Shown piece after piece: positions 10,059-17,874 of a DNA stretch of 64,000 nucleotides. Each line of letters opens with the position of its first letter. The first letter of the stretch is position 1. Both the position numbers and the translations under genes were made by a program. Under the pieces are notes generated by a model. It was not told the origin of the DNA. It did not search any database and was given only the letters and a program-made list of their open reading frames with translations. Source of the stretch: Candidatus Enterousia sp. (lineage in GTDB: Bacteria; Pseudomonadota; Alphaproteobacteria; Rs-D84); contig JAZQGC010000010.1 in the NCBI GenBank assembly GCA_045539815.1, positions 27,583 through 91,582 of the forward strand, read 5' to 3'.

Positions 10059-13000
10059 TTACACCTTTTTTACAGATAATGACAGATTGTATCCATCTAT
10101 TTCAGTATTGTATTCACCATCACCAGATACGATTTCAACAATCAATGCATCACGCATAATACGATTTTTATGCTGTTCAATTGCGCTTGCCAACGCAGGG
10201 TCTGCATTGTATGTCAAAACGATTCGGTCTGACACATCCAGTCCGGCAGATTTACGCGTGTCTTGGATAAAGCGCAACGCATCATTTGCCAAGCCTTCGG
10301 CAATCAGTTCTGCGTTTAATTCTGTATCCAGTACAACAACGGCTGTATTATCTGGCAGTGCGGCCCCGGTAATACCGTCTTTAACCGTCAGGCGATTTTC
10401 AAATTCATCGCTGTTCAGTTCGTATCCGCCCGCCAATAATTTATCGCCTGTGATTTGATATTCATTGCGTTTTACGGCCGGGATAATATCTTTTAACGCC
10501 CCGCCCAAACGTGCGCCAATTTTTGGTGTAATCAGGTACACAAAACTGTCTGCAACATTTGAAATATCAGAATCAAATTTAACAGATTTAACATTTAATT
10601 CGTCTTTGATAATTTCTGCGTATTCTGGCATATTTGCGCCCGCCACAGTCAAAGAATTTAATGGCAATCGATTGCGCAGTTTGTATTGTTCGCGCAACTG
10701 TTTTCCGGTTGAAACGATTGCCTGTACGCGGCGCATATCTTCGACGATTTTTGCATCAAATTCATCAGCAACCGGCCAATCTGTTAGATGCACAGATTCA
10801 TTACCTGTTAAATTGCGATAGATGTATTCAGATATAAATGGCGCAAATGGTGCCAATACTTTGCACAGCCCGATCAGTACTGTATACAATGTATCAAATG
10901 CATCTTGTTCTTCGTCCCAGAATCGTACACGTCCGCGTCTGATATACCAGTTGTTTAATATATCCAAGAATCGAACAAATTCTTTGACTGCCACATCTGG
11001 TTTATATTCATCCAACGCAGATTTTACATTTGTTGTCAGAACACTTAATTCTGCCAATATGTATTTATCCAGCGCATTATCAGAATTTTCAATCTGTTTT
11101 GCGGTTATATTACCTGCGTTTGCATACAGGGTAAAGAAGTGGTATGCGTTCCACAACGGTGTTTGAATTGTTTTTGTTGATTCTGTAAACACTTTACCAT
11201 CTTTATCAACAGGCACAGGTTCTGCCTTCATAAAGTTTGACCCCAATATAAACAAACGTATTGCATCCGCGCCGTATTGTTCGATTTGTTCTGTTGGGTC
11301 AACAAAGTTGCGCAATGATTTCGAGAATTTCTTTTTATTTTCATCAACAATCATACCATTTGCAGAAACAGACATAAATGCTGGCTTATCAAACAACGCT
11401 GTTGCCAATACCATCAAAGAATAGAACCATCCGCGTGTTTGGTCTTGTCCTTCGATAATATAATCAGCGGGGAAAGATGTTTCAAATTTATCCTTGTTTT
11501 CAAACGGATAATGCAACGATGCCCATGGCATAGACCCTGATTCTACCCAGCAATCCAATACATCGCTTATACGGGTCCAACCATCTTTTGTCAGTTTATC
11601 CAATGTTGGGCGATGCAGGTCATCAACCGGAACCCCAAAGAATTCTTCCAGTTCTGCGATTGAACCAAATACTTTGAATTCGCCGTTCTTTTCCCAGATT
11701 GGCAATGGCATACCCCAGAAACGGTTTCTGGATATGGACCAAGGACGGGCATTTTCAATCCAAGAACGGAATCTTTCGCCAGCCGATGTCCAGTTTACCA
11801 TTGCATTATTTGCCAACAGTTTATCTTTGATTTTTGGCACATCGATATACCAAGAATCTGTTGCGCGATAAATCAGTTTTTGTTTACTGCGGTCACCAAA
11901 TGGATAACTGTGCTTATACTGTTCTTTTTTGACCAGTTTACCATTTGTTTTTAACCAATCCAGAATGCGTGGTGTTGCATCAAAAATGTTTTCGCCGGCA
12001 AAATCCGTCACTGTTTCATCAAAGTTGCCATAGTCATCAACATTTAACAAAACAGGAAAATGTGGGTCAACATTTTTTGCCGCCCAAAAGTCGTCTGCAC
12101 CATATGCTGGCGCGATATGAACAATACCTGTACCATCGCTGTCGGATACATAGTCTGCCGGTATTACCTGGAATAATAAATCAGACTGTCCTGCATAATA
12201 TGGGAACAGTGGTGTATAATGTAATCCGGCCAATTCAGCCCCCATTACACGACCAATTTCTGTCGCATTTGCGAATTGTTTTTCATATGCCTTTAATCTG
12301 GATTCTGCGATTACATATACCGCCCCGTCTTCATCTTGCATACGCAGATATTCCATATTTGGATTAACCGCCAATGCGCTGTTTGCAGGCAGTGTCCATG
12401 GTGTTGTTGTCCATGCGATAACACGGTCGCCATTTTCCAATTCGAACCAAACTGTTACGGCGTCATCAACAATTTCACGATAGTCCTGTGATGCTTCGGA
12501 ATTAGAAACCACCGTACCGTTTACCCAGTCATATGGATTAACGCTGTAATCTTTGTACAACAAACCCTTGTCATACAAAGACTTTAATGTCCACAGCATA
12601 GATTCCATATAGTTTTTATTCATTGTTTTATAACCGTATTCGTCGCCAATTTTTACCCAGCGTCCCATACGTGTAATAAAACGATTCCATTCATTTGTAT
12701 ATGTCATAACATCTGTGCGACACATATCACAGAAAGCGGTGATACCTTCTTCTGCGACAATATTTTTGGCGGTTCTGCCCTGCTTTTTTTCAACAGAATT
12801 TTCTGCGGGCAACCCATGGCAATCCCAACCCAGTTCACGGTTAACAAATCGTCCGTTCATTGTCTGAAAGCGCGAAATCATATCTTTTACCACGGTTACG
12901 CCCAGGTGTCCCCAGTGTGGTGTACCATTTGCAAATGGGGGGCCGTCAAAGAAACTAAAAGGCCGTCCAGATTTTGTTTTGTCCAATGCTTTATCAAAAG

Positions 13001-13082
13001 TATTATTTTCACGCCAGTATTCCAACACTTGTTGTTCCAGTGTCGTAAAATCTGCGCGTATATCCGTTTTTGGGTATGCCAT
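10059..13082 (-). CDS. ileS: isoleucine--tRNA ligase
   Basis: 1007 aa with class I motifs PPFANGTPHWGHL (HIGH-type) and KFSKSLRN (KMSKS). CP1 editing region present. Confidence 0.95.
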   Translation of the reverse strand: MAYPKTDIRADFTTLEQQVLEYWRENNTFDKALDKTKSGRPFSFFDGPPFANGTPHWGHLGVTVVKDMISRFQTMNGRFVNRELGWDCHGLPAENSVEKKQGRTAKNIVAEEGITAFCDMCRTDVMTYTNEWNRFITRMGRWVKIGDEYGYKTMNKNYMESMLWTLKSLYDKGLLYKDYSVNPYDWVNGTVVSNSEASQDYREIVDDAVTVWFELENGDRVIAWTTTPWTLPANSALAVNPNMEYLRMQDEDGAVYVIAESRLKAYEKQFANATEIGRVMGAELAGLHYTPLFPYYAGQSDLLFQVIPADYVSDSDGTGIVHIAPAYGADDFWAAKNVDPHFPVLLNVDDYGNFDETVTDFAGENIFDATPRILDWLKTNGKLVKKEQYKHSYPFGDRSKQKLIYRATDSWYIDVPKIKDKLLANNAMVNWTSAGERFRSWIENARPWSISRNRFWGMPLPIWEKNGEFKVFGSIAELEEFFGVPVDDLHRPTLDKLTKDGWTRISDVLDCWVESGSMPWASLHYPFENKDKFETSFPADYIIEGQDQTRGWFYSLMVLATALFDKPAFMSVSANGMIVDENKKKFSKSLRNFVDPTEQIEQYGADAIRLFILGSNFMKAEPVPVDKDGKVFTESTKTIQTPLWNAYHFFTLYANAGNITAKQIENSDNALDKYILAELSVLTTNVKSALDEYKPDVAVKEFVRFLDILNNWYIRRGRVRFWDEEQDAFDTLYTVLIGLCKVLAPFAPFISEYIYRNLTGNESVHLTDWPVADEFDAKIVEDMRRVQAIVSTGKQLREQYKLRNRLPLNSLTVAGANMPEYAEIIKDELNVKSVKFDSDISNVADSFVYLITPKIGARLGGALKDIIPAVKRNEYQITGDKLLAGGYELNSDEFENRLTVKDGITGAALPDNTAVVVLDTELNAELIAEGLANDALRFIQDTRKSAGLDVSDRIVLTYNADPALASAIEQHKNRIMRDALIVEIVSGDGEYNTEIDGYNLSLSVKKV

Positions 13083-13108
13083 AACAAAATGCTCCGTTTT
13101 TTTATATT

Positions 13109-13130
13109 AAAAAAAGGCGCCACGCGCCCC
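13109..13130 (-). terminator. intrinsic terminator inside the ileS 5' leader (attenuator)
   Basis: Minus strand GGCGC-GTG-GCGCC (13128-13116) plus T7 (13115-13109), 26 nt upstream of the ileS ATG. Confidence 0.6.
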
Positions 13131-13156
13131 AGCCACCGCAGAAGCGCAGTTGCCGT

Positions 13157-13189
13157 TTATTTAATAATAATTATTGTTTGTGTTTTCAT
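13157..13189 (-). CDS. putative Ile-rich leader peptide MKTQTIIIIK
   Basis: ATG AAA ACA CAA ACA ATA ATT ATT ATT AAA TAA, with four consecutive Ile codons. Located between a promoter and the leader terminator of ileS. Confidence 0.45.
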   Translation of the reverse strand: MKTQTIIIIK

Positions 13190-13197
13190 CACGACAG

Positions 13198-13226
13198 ATT
13201 CTACACCGTATTTTTTGAAAATGCAA
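13198..13226 (-). promoter_or_regulatory. sigma70-type promoter for the ileS leader
   Basis: TTGCAT (13226-13221), 17 nt, TAGAAT (13203-13198). The leader ATG lies 8 nt after the -10, so the leader mRNA is leaderless or nearly so. Confidence 0.5.
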
Positions 13227-13279
13227 GTATTGTCTTTACAGCTTAATAAAAGATAATGTTGTGAAATCTTGTAAAAGAT

Positions 13280-13307
13280 AAAAAATCCCCGTCTGGGGAT
13301 TTTTTTT
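13280..13307 (-). terminator. intrinsic terminator after tRNA-Thr
   Basis: ATCCCC-GTCT-GGGGAT flanked by an A-tract and a T-tract. Confidence 0.7.
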
Positions 13308-13312
13308 ATTTC

Positions 13313-13388
13313 TGGTGCCGGTGACAGGACTTGAACCTGCGACCCCCTCATTACGAATGAGATGCTCTACCAGCTGAGCTACACCGGC
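13313..13388 (-). tRNA. tRNA-Thr (anticodon CGU), CCA encoded
   Basis: Reverse complement is GCCGGTGTAGCTCAGCTGGTAGAGCATCTCATTCGTAATGAGGGGGTCGCAGGTTCAAGTCCTGTCACCGGCACCA. It folds as a cloverleaf with anticodon loop TTCGTAA. Confidence 0.9.
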
Positions 13389-13418
13389 ATGTGCCACGAC
13401 TATAAAACATTATACAAA

Positions 13419-13497
13419 CAAATACCAGCAGTTTTTTAGCGCAGTTTGTTAACGTTTTCATACAATTTGCATTTGATAAAATCACAATATGGTTTAT
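13419..13497 (-). repeat. repeat R1, copy a (3' end of the ACP-like ORF plus 17 nt)
   Basis: 79 bp, 75/79 identical to 14072-14150, in direct orientation. Confidence 0.9.
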
Positions 13498-14005
13498 CTG
13501 TATTATTTTCTTGTTTTGGCATATAGCACGGTCTTTCCATCAATTTACAGAATGGTTGATTTTTAACAGTTATGCAAAAACCTGGGTGTTTTATTGTTGG
13601 TTTGTTTGTGTGTTCTTTTGCCTCAGGTTTTAAAACAACAGCTGTACGCTTGTCTTCATGAATATTTAAATTTGATTTTAAGATCTGTTCAAAAACAGGA
13701 ACTTCTTGCTTGTTTTTACGAGCTCTTGAATTGGATTTGTTAAAATTAGATTTATTCCCATTGATATTATGAGTTTCTATAGCCTTTACCATTTCTGAAA
13801 AAGAATAAGAACTATACTTTTCCTCGTCTATGTGGTCGATTCCAAATTCTTTTTCGATATCGAATGACAGTCCAAGTGTGTCCAGGGAATCCAAACCGAT
13901 TTCAAAAAGAAAATTTTGTTTGTTTTTATGTTCTTCCAGTGTTTCAGTACTTATCTCGTATTTCTCTAATAAAATTGTTTTTAATTTTGATTCGACGTTG
14001 CTCAT
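13436..14005 (-). CDS. acyl-carrier-protein domain fused to a low-complexity linker and a Cys-rich C-terminal tail
   Basis: N-terminal ~80 aa has the ACP signature EIGLDSLDTLGLSFDIEKEFGI (DSL phosphopantetheine-attachment serine). This is followed by NGNKSNFNKSNSRARKNKQ and then a tail with 5 Cys (C-x9-C-x6-C-x15-C-x4-C). Confidence 0.6.
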   Translation of the reverse strand: MSNVESKLKTILLEKYEISTETLEEHKNKQNFLFEIGLDSLDTLGLSFDIEKEFGIDHIDEEKYSSYSFSEMVKAIETHNINGNKSNFNKSNSRARKNKQEVPVFEQILKSNLNIHEDKRTAVVLKPEAKEHTNKPTIKHPGFCITVKNQPFCKLMERPCYMPKQENNTDKPYCDFIKCKLYENVNKLR

Positions 14006-14067
14006 TTTTTTATGCCTTTATCTTGCGCATTACGACCATAATACCTGCGGGTGTCATACCCGGGATT
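14005..14067 (-). repeat. repeat R2, copy a (pseudo-copy of the mnmG 3' end)
   Basis: 63 bp, 62/63 identical to 14592-14654. Encodes the last 18 codons of MnmG plus the stop but has no upstream ORF. Confidence 0.9.
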
Positions 14068-14071
14068 AAAG

Positions 14072-14150
14072 CAAATACCAGTAATTTTTTAGCGCAGTTT
14101 GTTAAAGTTTTCATACAACTTGCATTTGATAAAATCACAATATGGTTTAT
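14072..14150 (-). repeat. repeat R1, copy b (out-of-frame relic of the ACP-like ORF tail)
   Basis: Still encodes KPYCDFIKCKLYENFNKLR-stop, but in the -1 frame relative to the upstream ORF. Confidence 0.9.
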
Positions 14151-14153
14151 TCT

Positions 14154-14507
14154 CTATTTTATTTTTTGTTGTACATAAGACAACATAGATGAATTATATT
14201 TTGTTCTTTCTTTCATTGCTGTACGTGCAACAGCTTTATTTAATTCTTCTTTTATTATATTAACCATATAATCTTGTTTTAATACCAAGGTGTTTAAAGT
14301 ATTTGAGGTTGCTTCTATTATGATTTCATTTTTGTCTGTTAAACGTACAACATAATCGTTTGTTTCAAAAGTACTATCGTTTATTTTTTTCGCGCCAGAC
14401 ACACGTAATAAAGAACAAAACAAAGATAATAATTCTTTTTCTTTTTGTTTAGATTCTTGTATTAATTTTTTTTGTTTCTTTTTATTTTTCTTATATTGAT
14501 TGTGCAT
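14154..14507 (-). CDS. hypothetical Lys-rich protein (117 aa from ATG 14507; the track ORF extends to 14558)
   Basis: MHNQYKKNKKKQKKLIQESKQKEKE..., with an AAGGA Shine-Dalgarno sequence 9 nt upstream of ATG 14507. No recognisable family. Possibly frameshifted (see findings). Confidence 0.4.
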   Translation of the reverse strand: MHNQYKKNKKKQKKLIQESKQKEKELLSLFCSLLRVSGAKKINDSTFETNDYVVRLTDKNEIIIEATSNTLNTLVLKQDYMVNIIKEELNKAVARTAMKERTKYNSSMLSYVQQKIK

Positions 14508-14591
14508 ATATTTGTCCTTTTTTTTTATATTGCAAATATAATTACACAAAAACAACAAACGTCAAGTTTTTTTTTGTCAGGTTTCTTATAC

Positions 14592-14654
14592 TTTTTTTAT
14601 GCCTTTATCTTGCGCATTACGACCATAATACCCGCGGGTGTCATACCCGGGATT
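14592..14654 (-). repeat. repeat R2, copy b (genuine 3' end of mnmG plus 5 nt)
   Basis: See R2 copy a. Confidence 0.9.
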
Positions 14655-16240
14655 CTTGACAGGTCTGCAATATTTTCTGGGCGTGTTGCAGTCAGTTTTT
14701 CAATCAATTCATTTGTCAGTCCTGGCAACCCAGTATATTGAAAATCGTGTGGAATTTTTAAATCAGCATCGCGTTTGTATGCGGCGATTTCGCGTTCATT
14801 TCGTGCAATGTATCCGGCATAGAATTTATCGTTTTGTTCAATAATATCTTTTTTAATAGTGTATATTTTATCAAACCATTGTTGTGTGCACAGCCCCAAA
14901 TCAACCCCGATTTTCCCCAGTCGTGCAATTGCATTATCTGCGCGCAGGCTTAATCTGTATTCTGCGCGTGATGTAAACATGCGGTATGGTTCATCAACCC
15001 CCAGTGTTGTTATGTCATCAATCAGAACACCAATCATTGCATTTGTTCGGTCCAGAATCAGCGGTTCTGAATTTAATGCGTATGCGGCGGCATTTGCGCC
15101 CGCGACCAGACCCTGGGCGGCGGCCTCTTCATATCCGGATGTACCGTTAATTTGTCCCGCAAAGAACATATATGGTAAATCTTTGCTTTGCAGTTTATCG
15201 TTCAATGCGCGTGCATCAATTGCATCGTATTCAATTGCATATCCGTATCGTACAATTTCTGCATTTTCAAGCCCCGGGATTGTACGAATCCATTTGTCTT
15301 GGATATCTGCGCCAAAGCTGGTTGATATCCCATTTGGATAAATTAAATCACTGTCCCAGCCTTCGGGTTCCAAGAACACGTGATGTGATATATGTTCTGG
15401 GAAACGCATAACTTTGTCTTCCAGACTGGGGCAATATCTGGGTCCTGTGCCCCGAATATCGCCGTTATACATTGGTGCGTTTTTTATATTTTCGCGAATA
15501 ATATCGTGTGTTTCCTGTGTTGTGTGTGTGATATAACAAACGCTGTCATATTTGTTGTTTTTATCCCCCCCTGCGAACCAATCGTGTGGCGCGTCGCCCG
15601 GTTGAATTTCGCATACAGAAAAATCAATAGATTCACGTTTTATACGTGCAGGTGTCCCTGTCTTTAATCGCAGTATTTTAAATCCGGCCCTTTGTAAAAC
15701 GCCCGATATGTTTTTGTCATTATCTTGGTATGTTCCATCGTCTTGCAGGCGTCCAGACGGGATTTTTTCGCTGCCGCGTGTAACAACCCCTTCCAGGAAC
15801 GTCCCGGTTGTCAGAACAATTGCATCTGCGCAATATTTATCATTGATTGTTTTTTCTTCTATATCAAATGTTTTAACTGCTTCAAAAACAACATCTAAAT
15901 TGTCATATTCGCCCAGAATATCAACAACGGCATTATGATATAAATTTCTGTCAATTTGTGCGCGCAGTGCCTGGGTTGCGGCACCGTGTGTTGCGTTCAG
16001 CGTGCGCCAGTGTATCCCAGAACGGTCTGCGGCGCGTCCCATTACACCACCCAGCGCGGTTATTTCTGCAACCATTTGTGATTTCCCGGGGCCACCAATA
16101 CTTGGGTTACAAGACAACGCACCCAAATCAGATTCTGCCTGGGTTAACAGCAGTGTTTTTGCACCACGACGCGCCGCCGCTGCTGCTGCTTCGACACCGG
16201 CATGCCCACCACCAATAACAATGACATTATACTTTTGCAT
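14597..16240 (-). CDS. mnmG: tRNA uridine 5-carboxymethylaminomethyl modification enzyme MnmG (GidA)
   Basis: 547 aa (short form) with an FAD-binding N-terminus (VIVIGGGHAGVEAA) and GidA family blocks (GPRYCPSLEDK, FFAGQINGTSGYEEAAAQG). Confidence 0.95.
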   Translation of the reverse strand: MQKYNVIVIGGGHAGVEAAAAAARRGAKTLLLTQAESDLGALSCNPSIGGPGKSQMVAEITALGGVMGRAADRSGIHWRTLNATHGAATQALRAQIDRNLYHNAVVDILGEYDNLDVVFEAVKTFDIEEKTINDKYCADAIVLTTGTFLEGVVTRGSEKIPSGRLQDDGTYQDNDKNISGVLQRAGFKILRLKTGTPARIKRESIDFSVCEIQPGDAPHDWFAGGDKNNKYDSVCYITHTTQETHDIIRENIKNAPMYNGDIRGTGPRYCPSLEDKVMRFPEHISHHVFLEPEGWDSDLIYPNGISTSFGADIQDKWIRTIPGLENAEIVRYGYAIEYDAIDARALNDKLQSKDLPYMFFAGQINGTSGYEEAAAQGLVAGANAAAYALNSEPLILDRTNAMIGVLIDDITTLGVDEPYRMFTSRAEYRLSLRADNAIARLGKIGVDLGLCTQQWFDKIYTIKKDIIEQNDKFYAGYIARNEREIAAYKRDADLKIPHDFQYTGLPGLTNELIEKLTATRPENIADLSRIPGMTPAGIMVVMRKIKA

Positions 16241-16968
16241 TAAAATCTTCCCATACCACCATTTACATGCAAAACCTGTCCGTTGATATACGCGGCTTCA
16301 TCGGATGCCAAGAACACGCATGCATTTGCAATATCTTCTGGTTCGCCAAAACGACCGGCTGGAATCTGTGCCAGATAATTTTTCTTTAATTCTTCGGGCA
16401 AGACATCGGTCATTGGTGTTTTTATAAATCCTGGTGCGATTGCATTTGCGGTGATACCGCGTGATGCAACCTCGGCTGCGATTGATTTTGTCATTGCAAT
16501 CATACCACCCTTGCTTGCGGCATAGTTTGCCTGACCTGGGCCACCGATTGTGCCGATTATAGACGCCATATTAATAATGCGTCCGAAACGATTTTTCATC
16601 ATTGGCATAATTACCGCGCGGCACATTTTGAAACAAGAACGCAGATTAGTATTCATAACATCATCAAATTGTTCATCTGTCATGCGCATTAATAATGTAT
16701 CTTTTGTGATACCAGCGTTGTTGATAAGAATATCAATTTTTCCGGCCTGTTCGATTGTTTCCATAACCAGTTCGACTGCCCCACCTTCGGCGGATAAATC
16801 GCATGGGATTTTAATATAACCATCCCCAAATTCTGCGTCCATTTTTGCAGTATTACGACCAGACACAACCACAGTTGCCCCTGCTTCCTTCATTTTTTTT
16901 GCGATTTGTATACCGATACCACCTGTGGCGCCAGTAATTAATGCGACTTTACCTGTTAAATCAAACAT
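16240..16968 (-). CDS. fabG: 3-oxoacyl-ACP reductase
   Basis: 242-aa SDR with TGATGGIG, NNAG and YAASKGG motifs. Its stop overlaps the mnmG start (TAATG). Confidence 0.9.
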   Translation of the reverse strand: MFDLTGKVALITGATGGIGIQIAKKMKEAGATVVVSGRNTAKMDAEFGDGYIKIPCDLSAEGGAVELVMETIEQAGKIDILINNAGITKDTLLMRMTDEQFDDVMNTNLRSCFKMCRAVIMPMMKNRFGRIINMASIIGTIGGPGQANYAASKGGMIAMTKSIAAEVASRGITANAIAPGFIKTPMTDVLPEELKKNYLAQIPAGRFGEPEDIANACVFLASDEAAYINGQVLHVNGGMGRF

Positions 16969-16969
16969 A

Positions 16970-17845
16970 TTATATCTCCAATTTATGTGCGGTTATTTTA
17001 TCTGTAATTCGTGAACACAATCCGGTCAATACATTACCAGGACCGACTTCTGTCATTTCTGTGATACCCATATCTGCCATGTTCAAGACACTTTCACGCC
17101 AACGCACGCCATGTGTCATTTGATAAACCAGTGCGTCTTTTATTTCATTAACATCTGTTATTGGTGAACATGTTTTATTTGAAATCAATGGAACGATTGG
17201 TGTTTTCATATCAACATTATCCAACGCTTTTTTCATTGCATCTGCTGCAGGTTGTTGAATTCTGCAATGTACGGGCACAGACAATGCCAATGGCATTGCG
17301 CGTTTTGCACCCTGTTCTTTGGCCATGTTCATCGCTGTTTCAACGGCGTTTTTTTCGCCAGAAATAACAACCTGGCCGGCACTGTTATCATTTGCAACAT
17401 CACAACCGGCCTCATCGCAGATTTTTTTCAATGTATCAATATCCATACCCAGAACAACAGCGGTTAAACCATGTCCCACGGGCACTGCGGTTTGCATTGC
17501 GTTTCCGCGTGCGCGCAATAATTTTGCGGTGTCCCCCACAGACAATGCGCCCGCGGCGCACAGCGCGGTATATTCACCCAAAGAATGTCCTGCGACATAT
17601 TCTGGGATTATCGCACCACTGGCGCGCAACATCGCAATAGATGTCGCCATAATTGCCGGCTGAACATTTGCTGTCAGTGTTAAATTTTCCATTGGGCCAT
17701 TAAAAATAATATCGGACAGTTTTTCACCCAATGCGCTATCAACTTCGTCAAACACGGCACGTGCTGCGGCATTGTTTTCATATAAATCTTTGCCCATACC
17801 AACGACCTGTGCGCCTTGACCTGGGAATACGAATACAGATGACAT
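16970..17845 (-). CDS. fabD: malonyl CoA-ACP transacylase
   Basis: 291 aa with FPGQGAQ and the GHSLGEY active-site motif. Confidence 0.9.
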   Translation of the reverse strand: MSSVFVFPGQGAQVVGMGKDLYENNAAARAVFDEVDSALGEKLSDIIFNGPMENLTLTANVQPAIMATSIAMLRASGAIIPEYVAGHSLGEYTALCAAGALSVGDTAKLLRARGNAMQTAVPVGHGLTAVVLGMDIDTLKKICDEAGCDVANDNSAGQVVISGEKNAVETAMNMAKEQGAKRAMPLALSVPVHCRIQQPAADAMKKALDNVDMKTPIVPLISNKTCSPITDVNEIKDALVYQMTHGVRWRESVLNMADMGITEMTEVGPGNVLTGLCSRITDKITAHKLEI

Positions 17846-17874
17846 ATTATACCTTTTTATTAAACATATTGTGA

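Noticed and set aside
13157-13351. 64-aa minus-strand ORF from the track.
   Set aside because: Its upstream two-thirds run through the tRNA-Thr gene, its terminator and the ileS promoter. Only the last 10 codons (MKTQTIIIIK), downstream of the promoter, are considered meaningful.
13864-14741. Plus-strand ORFs 13864-14178 and 14472-14741, which share the identical peptide FFYAFILRITTIIPAGVIPGI.
   Set aside because: The shared peptide is simply the antisense translation of the duplicated mnmG 3' end (repeat R2). It helped me spot the repeat but is not evidence of coding.
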